A stretch of 64,000 bases of DNA from Pseudomonadota bacterium (GTDB lineage Bacteria; Pseudomonadota; Gammaproteobacteria; Enterobacterales; Vibrionaceae), in NCBI GenBank assembly GCA_038533895.1, contig JBCAXU010000006.1, forward strand, positions 8,874 through 72,873, written 5' to 3'. A model generated the notes under the pieces. It had not been told where the DNA came from. It did not search any database and saw nothing but the letters and a program-made list of their open reading frames with translations. A program made the position numbers and the translations under genes. This document shows positions 39,670 to 48,419 of this stretch, in pieces. How positions within the stretch are numbered: position 1 is the stretch's first letter; every line of letters begins with the position of its first letter.

Positions 39670-40089
39670 TTAGTCCCTAATCCATACTTCTTGACTGCGT
39701 TGCATTTGCGTCAAACCAGAGCCACATATTGCTGTTGAACTCACCACATACATCTGCGTTCCATCGGATAATTGACCGCCTCTGGCCTGGCAACTAACTT
39801 GAACATTTTGGCAGTTTACTATGGTTTGGAAGGCGTTAACCCCAGTCCCATCAATCGCAGCACATTGTGCTGCAACAGGGTTTGAGCTGTTGATGCCATA
39901 AATTTGCTCCAACGCCCACTCGTTGCCAGAGTGAGCCAAAAGATAAGCTTGGGTGCCTATCACATCTTTGGTATGGCTATCGCTATTAGACCAGCGAATT
40001 TGACTCAGGGTGCTGGCTAGAAACCCCATGACAACTAAAACAAAAATGACCACTATGTATAAGCTACCTTGCTGTTTGCTACGGGACAT
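39670..40089 (-). CDS. mshP: MSHA biogenesis protein MshP
   Basis: 139 aa with an N-terminal hydrophobic helix (GSLYIVVIFVLVVMGF) but no canonical G/FTLIE site. Its start overlaps the mshO stop by 11 nt. Confidence 0.75.
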   Translation of the reverse strand: MSRSKQQGSLYIVVIFVLVVMGFLASTLSQIRWSNSDSHTKDVIGTQAYLLAHSGNEWALEQIYGINSSNPVAAQCAAIDGTGVNAFQTIVNCQNVQVSCQARGGQLSDGTQMYVVSSTAICGSGLTQMQRSQEVWIRD

Positions 40090-40804
40090 TTAACACCTGT
40101 ATCTCTTGGCTAAAGCTAGTTGACTCGTCACCTGCTTGATTTTGAAACGTTAAATCAAGACGAACAATACCATTTTGCTGAACAGTCGCAGGTTGATAGC
40201 TCAACGTTCCGCTGAGCCCAGTGTCAGATAAGGCCAAGTCGTCGCTGCTATTGAGAGCACGACGAAGCTGCCCGCCGACCAAACAATAACTCACCATTCT
40301 ATCTGGATTATAGATGTAATGACGTTTTGACACCGAATTCCCTACAAGGGGGGTAGTCAAGGGCACTGTAAAGGTACCGTTTGCGCCAACGACGTTGGTC
40401 AGGCTAATCACGTTGCTACTCGGATTGGCTTCGGTTGGATTGATGACCATATTGAGCCCGCGGATATCGGCAACCGTGACGCCCTCTCGACCAACGACGA
40501 ATTTAAGGTCAGCATCAGAAACCGCATAGAAACCGGATTCAACAATAGGATAAAAAGAAATACAACTGGTCGCGCTTGGGATTGTAATCGCGTTGTTGAA
40601 CATGTTAGGCACAGCATGCCGGACTTCACGCGACATTTTTTCTACTATGAACTTGGCTTGCGTTTGCATTCGCTGTCGCTCAACAGTCTCGCTATAACCG
40701 CGTGCGCCCAGCTGAACAAAGCCTGCAATACCAAGCACTAGAATAGCGCCCACCACCAGAGTCAATATCATCTCGATTAAAGTAAACCCTTTTACTTTCA
40801 TCAA
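40079..40804 (-). CDS. mshO: MSHA minor pilin-like protein MshO
   Basis: The class III signal MMKVKG/FTLIEMILT is a prepilin cleavage/methylation motif. Confidence 0.8.
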   Translation of the reverse strand: MMKVKGFTLIEMILTLVVGAILVLGIAGFVQLGARGYSETVERQRMQTQAKFIVEKMSREVRHAVPNMFNNAITIPSATSCISFYPIVESGFYAVSDADLKFVVGREGVTVADIRGLNMVINPTEANPSSNVISLTNVVGANGTFTVPLTTPLVGNSVSKRHYIYNPDRMVSYCLVGGQLRRALNSSDDLALSDTGLSGTLSYQPATVQQNGIVRLDLTFQNQAGDESTSFSQEIQVLNVP

Positions 40805-41337
40805 TAGTTACCTCGATAGGCACTCAACACAATCGGTGTTTGATTGGCGGCACTAACAGTCAACTCAACACGCTTCAACTGATCAACAACCGTATAGCTC
40901 ACTGAAACATCCAAGCGAAAGTTAACATAGCGGTTATTGCCCACCAGTAAATTCAAATCACGGCACCCGCTGCTGCCGTTAGGCTCCCAGCACCCAATGA
41001 AATCATCCACATCGTTGTAATTTGCGGGCATATCATTGGACTCCCCAACATCAATACCAAAACTGCTTTCTGATGTGCAGGGCTGAAAGCCGGAATCAGA
41101 CGATGCACAACGCGGCGTTCCACCTTGCTCTCCGCTGTTTTCATCAAATTTACGTGCCAAAATTTGCGTCATTACACTTTGACCAAGTGCAGCGGCGCGT
41201 GTTTGGTAGTGAGGATCACCGCTACGGGATATCTCGGGAACAAGAAAACTGGTAATGGTCAGCATCGCGATCCCCATGACCACTATCACAATCACGCTTT
41301 CAATCAGGGTAAAACCGCGGCATGTCACCATCAACAA
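40801..41337 (-). CDS. mshD: MSHA minor pilin MshD
   Basis: Prepilin motif (ML)MVTCRG/FTLIESVIV. The exact start is uncertain (M1 or M3). Confidence 0.8.
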   Translation of the reverse strand: MLMVTCRGFTLIESVIVIVVMGIAMLTITSFLVPEISRSGDPHYQTRAAALGQSVMTQILARKFDENSGEQGGTPRCASSDSGFQPCTSESSFGIDVGESNDMPANYNDVDDFIGCWEPNGSSGCRDLNLLVGNNRYVNFRLDVSVSYTVVDQLKRVELTVSAANQTPIVLSAYRGNY

Positions 41338-41804
41338 TTTCCCCTTGAGACATAGCCAATGGCATTGATATGCACCGCAGCACAGCCACCCTCGCTCACA
41401 CGCATTTGAATAACGACAGGAGGAGTAACGTCGACAGGACTGCCGAGCAGATCGAAATTAATGGTCGAGCCAACATTCGAACTAAATGTGACATCATCAA
41501 TGGAAACCCAATCGCTGCGGCTGTCGCTGCGCTCAACACACGCAGCCTGAGAGCCAACACAATTGCCACGCAAGCTCAGAGTAAAATTGGTATTGCTAAC
41601 GATTGAGTCAATGTCGACATTCGACTGCATACGATTGACTTGTACTTGGCGAATAACCGAAATCACCTGCTCTTGCGCCACGGCCGGTGCAAAACTGCTA
41701 CGGCCAATATAGCGACTGGCCGCATACAAGGAAACGATCGCGACAATGATGATCACCACGATCAACTCAACCAGAGTAAAGCCCGTATGTTTTAAGCGCG
41801 CCAT
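41331..41804 (-). CDS. mshC: MSHA minor pilin MshC
   Basis: Prepilin motif MARLKHTG/FTLVELIVV. The start is set at 41804 because the ORF-track extension to 41945 would run through the mshA terminator. Confidence 0.8.
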   Translation of the reverse strand: MARLKHTGFTLVELIVVIIIVAIVSLYAASRYIGRSSFAPAVAQEQVISVIRQVQVNRMQSNVDIDSIVSNTNFTLSLRGNCVGSQAACVERSDSRSDWVSIDDVTFSSNVGSTINFDLLGSPVDVTPPVVIQMRVSEGGCAAVHINAIGYVSRGNC

Positions 41805-41904
41805 AGCGAAACAACCCGTAACCACAATACGCTTAAGTATAACGTAACTAGGTTTGTCACTGTTGTTTTTTAAGGAAATTTGAGAGGAGTTGAGGGTAAA
41901 AAGC

Positions 41905-41936
41905 GGAGAAGAAAAAGGCCAGCGATGCTGGCCTTT
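41905..41936 (-). terminator. Intrinsic terminator directly after mshA (intra-operon attenuator)
   Basis: Minus-strand RNA reads AAAGGCCAGC AUCG CUGGCCUUU followed by UUCUUCUCC. It begins 2 nt after the mshA stop. Confidence 0.7.
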
Positions 41937-41938
41937 CC

Positions 41939-42427
41939 TTAGCATTGATCAGCTGCAGTTGTTATTGTTGGCGAATTTCCTGCAGATGCAGCCTCTGTAT
42001 AAACAACAAAACACCCTGTTTCCGAAGAAGCTGTTGCATCCCATGTAGCTCCCACTGTTGTCCCAGAAAACGAGTAGACAGCAGAACTAGCGGGAGTATT
42101 TGGAACAGTTATACTCGCCCAATCATTCCCGGTCAAACCGTCGACTGCAGCTTCTATTCCCGTAGCATTTGCTGTAGGATAACCAAATGCAGTAGTAATG
42201 TTGTCATCAGTAGTTGCACTCGGTAAACGTTCTTCTCCCTCAATAGCCGAACGGCCATATACGATGCCCACAGCTCCTTGCATAGCTCCACGCAAACCGT
42301 TCAGGGAAGCCTCGCGAGCATCACCTTGAAGATTCAAAAAACGTGGCGCCGCCGTTACTGCCAAAATACCTAAAATTACAATCACCACTACCAATTCGAT
42401 TAGGGTGAAACCGCCTTGTCTTTTCAT
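41939..42427 (-). CDS. mshA: MSHA major pilin MshA
   Basis: MKRQGG/FTLIELVVVIVILGILAVTAAPRF is a type IVa pilin N-terminus that I recall as near-identical to V. cholerae MshA. There is a C-terminal Cys pair (GCFVVY...ADQC), and the gene has its own terminator. Confidence 0.9.
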   Translation of the reverse strand: MKRQGGFTLIELVVVIVILGILAVTAAPRFLNLQGDAREASLNGLRGAMQGAVGIVYGRSAIEGEERLPSATTDDNITTAFGYPTANATGIEAAVDGLTGNDWASITVPNTPASSAVYSFSGTTVGATWDATASSETGCFVVYTEAASAGNSPTITTAADQC

Positions 42428-42460
42428 ACTATCTACTCTCTTAGTTGACTGTTTGCAGCC

Positions 42461-43027
42461 TTACTGCAAAGTTACGGTCACACGACCTGTTTCAATTTCA
42501 TACACAAACTGATGATCACTGTTACCCTCTTTTTGGGTGTAGGTGCAAGTGGCATCACCGTCGTTTGCTTCTGCTGTATACTTAATATCCGAGTTGCTTT
42601 CGGCGTCTTGCACCGAGCCCACTCGTGGTGGGTTTTGCAGCAGATTGTCCATCAAGTCAATACACGCTTCATTGGTCAGAGCTGATGGAAATGAGCTGCT
42701 GTCTCGAACAACGGCAAAAGGGTAACCGTCGCGAAAATCACCATTCTCTTGATCCGAGCTGGTCAGCCAAAAATTCACCCCATCATAATTGACGCTATTG
42801 CGCGTCATACCATTGACAGATTGTGAAGGTCGCGCTTGCGCTTCCCACTGAGCGCGTGCAGAAAGCACACCTGTGGCATAGCCACCCGCGACCCCTTCAA
42901 TACTGGCTTTTTTGGCCTCATCGGTAACATCGAGAAAACGCGGCAGGGCTGCAACAGCCAGTAGGCCGACCACCACAATCACCACCACTAACTCGACCAA
43001 AGTAAAACCAGATTGCTTATTTGCCAT
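42461..43027 (-). CDS. mshB: MSHA pilin-like protein MshB
   Basis: Prepilin motif MANKQSG/FTLVELVVV. The start is set at the internal ATG (43027) because the longer ORF would begin directly next to a TATAAT box. Confidence 0.82.
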   Translation of the reverse strand: MANKQSGFTLVELVVVIVVVGLLAVAALPRFLDVTDEAKKASIEGVAGGYATGVLSARAQWEAQARPSQSVNGMTRNSVNYDGVNFWLTSSDQENGDFRDGYPFAVVRDSSSFPSALTNEACIDLMDNLLQNPPRVGSVQDAESNSDIKYTAEANDGDATCTYTQKEGNSDHQFVYEIETGRVTVTLQ

Positions 43028-43057
43028 AGTGTAAAAACCTGTTATTTTCTGCGCCAT

Positions 43058-43063
43058 ATTATA
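43058..43063 (-). promoter_or_regulatory. Candidate -10 box (TATAAT) for the mshBACDOPQ structural operon
   Basis: Perfect TATAAT on the minus strand in the 39-bp mshF-mshB gap. I found no good -35 element. Confidence 0.3.
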
Positions 43064-43096
43064 CGGCGATTATTCCATAGTGCTATATGTTCGAAG

Positions 43097-43585
43097 TCAA
43101 AAATCCGACTCAACTAGAAATCCCGACTTCGCAGAGAAGTCATTTTCAATCAAACTGATAGCAATAAATTTACCGCCACTATACCTATACAAACAGCGAT
43201 AACTTTGCATGATAGATTGTTCTTCTATTTCTATCGGCGCACCGCCCATAATTTCCTTATCAGGGTAGAGCACTTCGAGCCAGTAATGGCAGTCAATCTG
43301 CTTTTCACTGTTTAGCGGTTTTACCCATCCCATTTCAGTGTAGCTCAACAGCAGCGTGCCTAATTCTAGCTGGCTTGGCTGTTTCGCCAATAACCACTGC
43401 TGCTTGTAAAAACTTGCACGCTCAGCAATGCGCTGACTGACCAATTGCAAGGCGGAGCGGCTGGCCGGTTGCTCAACCCTTTGCCACACCAAGATAAAAC
43501 TCATTAGCAGCGTAATGATAACCAATAACCAGACAGTCAAACGAAGGCGCTCTACCGCGACGCCTGCTTTAGCCTTTGATTGCAT
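43097..43585 (-). CDS. mshF: MSHA biogenesis protein MshF
   Basis: 162 aa with a single N-terminal TM segment. Its start overlaps the mshG stop by 17 nt. The call rests on position within the locus. Confidence 0.7.
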   Translation of the reverse strand: MQSKAKAGVAVERLRLTVWLLVIITLLMSFILVWQRVEQPASRSALQLVSQRIAERASFYKQQWLLAKQPSQLELGTLLLSYTEMGWVKPLNSEKQIDCHYWLEVLYPDKEIMGGAPIEIEEQSIMQSYRCLYRYSGGKFIAISLIENDFSAKSGFLVESDF

Positions 43586-44789
43586 CCAGCATGCCCCACA
43601 TCGGCAAGAAGATACCCAGTGCCAAAATCAACACCATTCCCGCGACAATCACCAACAGAATCGGCTCGATACGCGCGGTCAGAGTTTTCAAATCGTAGTC
43701 CACTTCGCGGTCGTAAAAATCCGACACTTCGAGTAACAACTCATCAATTCGGCCCGTTTCTTCACCCACGGAGATCATTTGGATCACTAACGGGGTAAAC
43801 ACACCACTATTGATTGCCGTCGACGAGATGGTCCCCCCGGCTTCAATCGAAGCTTTCATCTCCATCAACCGGTTTTCCAAATATTTGTTGCCTAATGCTT
43901 CAGCAGACAAGGCTAATGACTGGTTTAGCGGCACCCCAGCTTTAAGCATTAACGCAAAAGTGCGTGAAAAGCGTGATAGCTGGGCTCTATTGATCAACTC
44001 GCCAACCACAGGCATGCGCAAACGGAATTTGTCCCACTTTTCTCGACCTGCTGCGGTGTTTATCCACGCCCGAAAGCCAAACAACCCGGCAACAATGGCC
44101 GCCACCATCATCACCCAGTAGTTGACAAAGAACTCGGAGGTGGTGATGAGAATCCGAGTGGGCAGCGGTAAATCGACGCCAAAACGAGCAAACATACTGG
44201 AAAACTGAGGAATCACTTTGACATTAAGGATAAACATCGCAACAACGATAAAACTGACCACAAATGTTGGGTAACGCATCGCAGTTTTGATTCGTTTGCG
44301 AGTTTCAACCTCTTGTTCATAGTAACCCGCCAGCTGCAATAGCGCCTGATCAAGACGACCCGTGTTTTCACCCACGTGGATCATCGACACAAACAGCGGG
44401 CTGAACACTTTAGGAAACATCTGCATCGAGCCCGATAAACTGCGGCCGTTAGTCAGCTCTTGCGTCACATCTTCTAGCGCCTCTTGCAGCTGTTTATTGG
44501 CGCTGTTCTGACTCAACCCCTTCATAGAGCGAAGCAGCGGCACCCCGGCCTTGGTCAGGCTGTACAACTGCCGACAAAAGATCACCAGCACTTCGAGTGG
44601 CACTGCTGGTGTGAACAAGGTTTTAATATCGACGCCCAAACGACTTCTTTGCCCCGCGATCTCAATCGATACAGGAATGATGCCTTTGTTCATCAACTGT
44701 TCGACCACTGCCTCTTGCGTTGGCGCATCGATGGCACCGGATGTGGCGGCTCCATCGGCATGTCGGCCTTGATAGTTAAACGTCGGCAT
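43569..44789 (-). CDS. mshG: MSHA platform protein MshG (GspF/PilC family)
   Basis: 406 aa with two GspF-type repeats, each ending in a hydrophobic segment. Confidence 0.9.
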   Translation of the reverse strand: MPTFNYQGRHADGAATSGAIDAPTQEAVVEQLMNKGIIPVSIEIAGQRSRLGVDIKTLFTPAVPLEVLVIFCRQLYSLTKAGVPLLRSMKGLSQNSANKQLQEALEDVTQELTNGRSLSGSMQMFPKVFSPLFVSMIHVGENTGRLDQALLQLAGYYEQEVETRKRIKTAMRYPTFVVSFIVVAMFILNVKVIPQFSSMFARFGVDLPLPTRILITTSEFFVNYWVMMVAAIVAGLFGFRAWINTAAGREKWDKFRLRMPVVGELINRAQLSRFSRTFALMLKAGVPLNQSLALSAEALGNKYLENRLMEMKASIEAGGTISSTAINSGVFTPLVIQMISVGEETGRIDELLLEVSDFYDREVDYDLKTLTARIEPILLVIVAGMVLILALGIFLPMWGMLDAIKG

Positions 44790-44797
44790 AACTCACC

Positions 44798-46522
44798 TTA
44801 GATATAGATCGCTTGTTCAAATCCAGAGGAATCCCCTTCGCCAAGGCTCATCACCTCGCCAAAGCTGACCACCCCTTGAATGGCTAGCTCCATCGCCGAG
44901 GCCAATAAGGGTTTGTAATTGGCAGATTGACGTGCAACTTGAGCAAACCCTACCGCATCGTTCGCGCGCAGTTTGTCCATCATCTCTTGCTCCAATTCGA
45001 GCATCTCAAATACACCAATTCGGCCACGGTATCCGGTCAAATTACAGTTTTGGCAGCCTTTACCCACCCAAAACTTGCTCTCGACTTGATTCGGGAAACG
45101 CTGAGCCAACCACTGCCTACGCCCATCATCCAATACCTCTTCGGTTTTACAATCCGGGCACACTTTACGCACTAGCCGCTGAGCGACCACAGCACGCACC
45201 GCGCTTGCCACTAAGTATCCCGGCGCTCCCATGTCCATCATACGCAGCGCACTATCAACCGCGTCATTGGTGTGCAGAGTACTGAGCACCAAGTGGCCTG
45301 TCAGAGCGGCACGTAGCCCAATCTCGACCGTTTCTTGGTCGCGCATCTCACCGACTAAGATAATATCTGGATCTTGGCGCAAAAAGGTACGCAGCACGGT
45401 GGAGAAGTCGAGATCAATCTTCGGGTTCACTTGTACCTGGTTGACTCGGGGCAGTCGATACTCCACCGGATCTTCTGCTGTGATGATCTTCTTGCTTGGT
45501 TGATTAAGTTCGGTAAGCGCACCATACAAGGTGGTAGTTTTACCCGAACCTGTTGGGCCGGTGACCAAAATCATGCCGTGAGGTCTTTTTAGTTGGCGTC
45601 TTAAACGCAGCAGCAGGTGCTCTGGCAGGCCAGACTCTTCAAGCTTACGCACGCCTGCAGACTGGTTGAGCAGACGCATCACCACAGATTCACCATGTTG
45701 GACTGGCATGGTCGACATACGGATATCCACCGACTGGCCTTTAGTGCGGATATTAAAGCGCCCATCTTGAGGCAAGCGCTTTTCCGAAATATCAAGGTTG
45801 GCCATCAACTTCAGTCTCAGCACTAACGCAGAGGCAATATTGACCTCATTGAGCAGGGTTTCGTGCAGTACGCCATCAATACGCTGACGCAGGCGCAGCA
45901 CATTGGCGTCCGGCTCGATATGAATATCCGACGCGCCAACTTGAATCGCGTCTTCAAACAAGGAGTTAATCAGCTTAACGACCGTGACTTCTTCGCTATC
46001 GTTGCCTTCGATATTGAAGTCAAACGCCTCGGTCACTTGATGCTCAGCTTGCAGTTGCTCAGCAAACGACGCGATCTCTTTGGTGCGGCGATAATAGCGG
46101 TCAAAACCATCGACCAGTTGCTTTTCAGGCGCGATAACAAATTCGATGCTGTATTGCCCTAACTGCCCGAGCAGTGCTTCTTGAGCAAATAGGTCGGCAG
46201 GATCGCTCATCGCAACCCGCAAGGTGTTCTCTTGGCGACCAATCACCATCGCGCGCAAACGCCGAGCATGTACCTCAGGTAGCAGCTGCACAGCGTCGAT
46301 ATCGACATTAGCACGGCTCAGATCAATCAGAGGGATATCAAGCTGCTGAGCTAAGAAGCTCAACATTTGATGCTCGGTCAGGAAACCAAGTTCAATTAAG
46401 GTGGCGCCGAGTTTTCTTCCGGTGGTCTTCTGCGCGCTTAGCGCTTGCTCAACCTGTAGCTCAGTGATGATCCCCTCTTCGACTAACAGATCACCGAGTC
46501 GTTTTCTCAGTTGAATTTTCAC
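44798..46522 (-). CDS. mshE: MSHA extension ATPase MshE (GspE family with N-terminal c-di-GMP-binding MshEN domain)
   Basis: Walker A GPTGSGKTT and a tetracysteine motif (CPDC...CQNC). The N-terminus carries tandem RLGDLLVEEGIITELQVEQALSAQ and KLGATLIELGFLTEHQMLSFLAQQ motifs. Confidence 0.93.
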   Translation of the reverse strand: MKIQLRKRLGDLLVEEGIITELQVEQALSAQKTTGRKLGATLIELGFLTEHQMLSFLAQQLDIPLIDLSRANVDIDAVQLLPEVHARRLRAMVIGRQENTLRVAMSDPADLFAQEALLGQLGQYSIEFVIAPEKQLVDGFDRYYRRTKEIASFAEQLQAEHQVTEAFDFNIEGNDSEEVTVVKLINSLFEDAIQVGASDIHIEPDANVLRLRQRIDGVLHETLLNEVNIASALVLRLKLMANLDISEKRLPQDGRFNIRTKGQSVDIRMSTMPVQHGESVVMRLLNQSAGVRKLEESGLPEHLLLRLRRQLKRPHGMILVTGPTGSGKTTTLYGALTELNQPSKKIITAEDPVEYRLPRVNQVQVNPKIDLDFSTVLRTFLRQDPDIILVGEMRDQETVEIGLRAALTGHLVLSTLHTNDAVDSALRMMDMGAPGYLVASAVRAVVAQRLVRKVCPDCKTEEVLDDGRRQWLAQRFPNQVESKFWVGKGCQNCNLTGYRGRIGVFEMLELEQEMMDKLRANDAVGFAQVARQSANYKPLLASAMELAIQGVVSFGEVMSLGEGDSSGFEQAIYI

Positions 46523-47571
46523 TGTGGCTGCTCCTCTAAACGACTGATTAGGGCTAAACGGTCACGAATAAACTGTTGAGATTGACTAGAGAGACCGAGC
46601 TTAGTCAACGCCTCTGCGTAAGAGACCTTAGCTTGGGTTAAATCGAATGCTCGCTCTTGTTGAATCGCAAGCCCAAGCCACCAGCGGCCACTGTCTGGCT
46701 CTAGTTGAACCAGTCGTTGATAACTGGCGAGGGCGAGGGCGTCTTGTTTTTGCTTTTGCGCCAACGCTGCCCGCAAAGACAAATATTCAATTGACGCGTG
46801 CTCAGGCAGTGCGCTGAGCACGGTCAACGCTGCCGGGGCCTGTTGCTCTTTGAGCAACATTTTTGCGAGTGCCATGCGCAAGTCGACATCATTACTATTG
46901 AGGGCAATACCCTTTTGCAACAGCTCTGCCGCTTTGCGTACTTCGCCTTTACCGTAATAAAGTGCGGCTAATCGTTGGCGAATATCGCTATCGTTTGGGG
47001 TATAGCGCAGCGCTTGGTGATAGGCGTCTAAGGCTTGCTTAAGGTTGTTGTTATCGAGCGCTTTCCTTCCCCGTTCAGCGGCCTTTTGCGCGAGCTGCTC
47101 GCTGGTCAGTGACACTTGCTCAACCACCACTTCTCCAGCCACAACATCACTTGTTGCTGAGGTTGATTGAGCTCGACTCGCCAACGGCTCTGATTTGGTT
47201 TGCACCACTGGTTTTTCCGTCGGCTTAGATTCAACACTAGCGGTTTTGATAGCGTCAACCGCTGACTCATGGGTTTGGGGCAGCGATTTACTGGAGGCGA
47301 CAAACACTGGAGTAGCTGTTGACGCTTTGTTGGTCGGCGAGTCAGTAGTTTCAACCGCGGCAGACTCAACCGGTAATGGGTACACTACCTCAGACGGCGC
47401 TTGCTGCGAAATAGCCCAACCGCCAACCGCGAGACTCGCGGCAAAGCTTCCTATAACCCAAGCCACAATGGAGCGGTTTTTCACGGGCTTAACCTCAACA
47501 TGGGTGATCGCTCCCCCTTGTTGTGAATTGTGATTGGACAGCTTTGCCAACGCTCGATTTATGGTACTCAT
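46519..47571 (-). CDS. mshN: MSHA biogenesis protein MshN (TPR protein)
   Basis: 350 aa with an N-terminal TM segment, a Ser/Thr/Ala/Pro-rich linker and C-terminal TPR-like repeats (ALDAYHQALRYTPND..., AAELLQKGIALNSND...). Confidence 0.8.
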   Translation of the reverse strand: MSTINRALAKLSNHNSQQGGAITHVEVKPVKNRSIVAWVIGSFAASLAVGGWAISQQAPSEVVYPLPVESAAVETTDSPTNKASTATPVFVASSKSLPQTHESAVDAIKTASVESKPTEKPVVQTKSEPLASRAQSTSATSDVVAGEVVVEQVSLTSEQLAQKAAERGRKALDNNNLKQALDAYHQALRYTPNDSDIRQRLAALYYGKGEVRKAAELLQKGIALNSNDVDLRMALAKMLLKEQQAPAALTVLSALPEHASIEYLSLRAALAQKQKQDALALASYQRLVQLEPDSGRWWLGLAIQQERAFDLTQAKVSYAEALTKLGLSSQSQQFIRDRLALISRLEEQPQ

Positions 47572-47574
47572 GGT

Positions 47575-48414
47575 TTAACTCCACCCCCACAGCAGTGGGC
47601 TTTTGAACTTGGGCTTACAACTGTCGTAAGTGTCATGAATGGCTCGAAAGAGTTGCGGGTTACTCACTTGTGCTAATCCATCGCCACAACTCAGCACTAA
47701 GGCCTTGTGGCATATTTGGTTAATCAAACGCGGATAGCCATAGCTGGCGCGCCAAATGGCTTTTTTATGGTTCAAACTGAACAGGGTTGCCTCTCCACCG
47801 GCCTTCTCAATCCGATTGTCGATATAAGCCACTACCTCCGCGACCGTTAGCCCGCGTAACTGAGCACTAAAGGTAATTCGTTGACGCAATTGGCGTAGAT
47901 GGTGGGACGCTAAGCGCTCATCCAACTCCGGCTGACCAAACAACACTATTTGCATCAGCTTGCGCTGCTCGGTTTCCAAGTTGCCAAATAAACGCAACAC
48001 CTCCAGCGCCTCATCGCTTAAAGCCTGCGCCTCATCAACCAACACCACCACTTGCTTGCCCTGCTGGGCCAAAGTCAACAAGCGCTGTTGAATGACATCT
48101 ACAACTCGACTCGGCGCCACGTTTTTGATCCCCAACTCATTCGCCACGGCCATGCGCAATTGGTCACCATCAAGTGCTGGATTGGGGATCAAGACTAGCT
48201 CAACGTTGGGGGCGGCATGCTTAATAAGCATGCGGCATACCATCGTTTTCCCCGTTCCGACCTCTCCGGTCACTTTAATGACCCCTTCGCCCATCTCAAG
48301 CGCAGCCAATACGGTTTGAATCGCCTCATAATGGGGAGTCAAGCCTAAGAACATTTCTGTGTCGGGTGTCAGGTGAAATGGCAAACTGACCAGCCCAAAA
48401 TGCTCAAGATACAT
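47575..48414 (-). CDS. mshM: MSHA biogenesis ATPase MshM (ExeA-like AAA+)
   Basis: Walker A GEVGTGKT and Walker B VVVLVDEAQ. Confidence 0.88.
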   Translation of the reverse strand: MYLEHFGLVSLPFHLTPDTEMFLGLTPHYEAIQTVLAALEMGEGVIKVTGEVGTGKTMVCRMLIKHAAPNVELVLIPNPALDGDQLRMAVANELGIKNVAPSRVVDVIQQRLLTLAQQGKQVVVLVDEAQALSDEALEVLRLFGNLETEQRKLMQIVLFGQPELDERLASHHLRQLRQRITFSAQLRGLTVAEVVAYIDNRIEKAGGEATLFSLNHKKAIWRASYGYPRLINQICHKALVLSCGDGLAQVSNPQLFRAIHDTYDSCKPKFKSPLLWGWS

Positions 48415-48419
48415 CGCCG

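Noticed and set aside
41805-41945. N-terminal extension of mshC that overlaps the mshA stop.
   Set aside because: It spans the mshA terminator. A canonical prepilin leader (MARLKHTG/FTLVE) starts at 41804.
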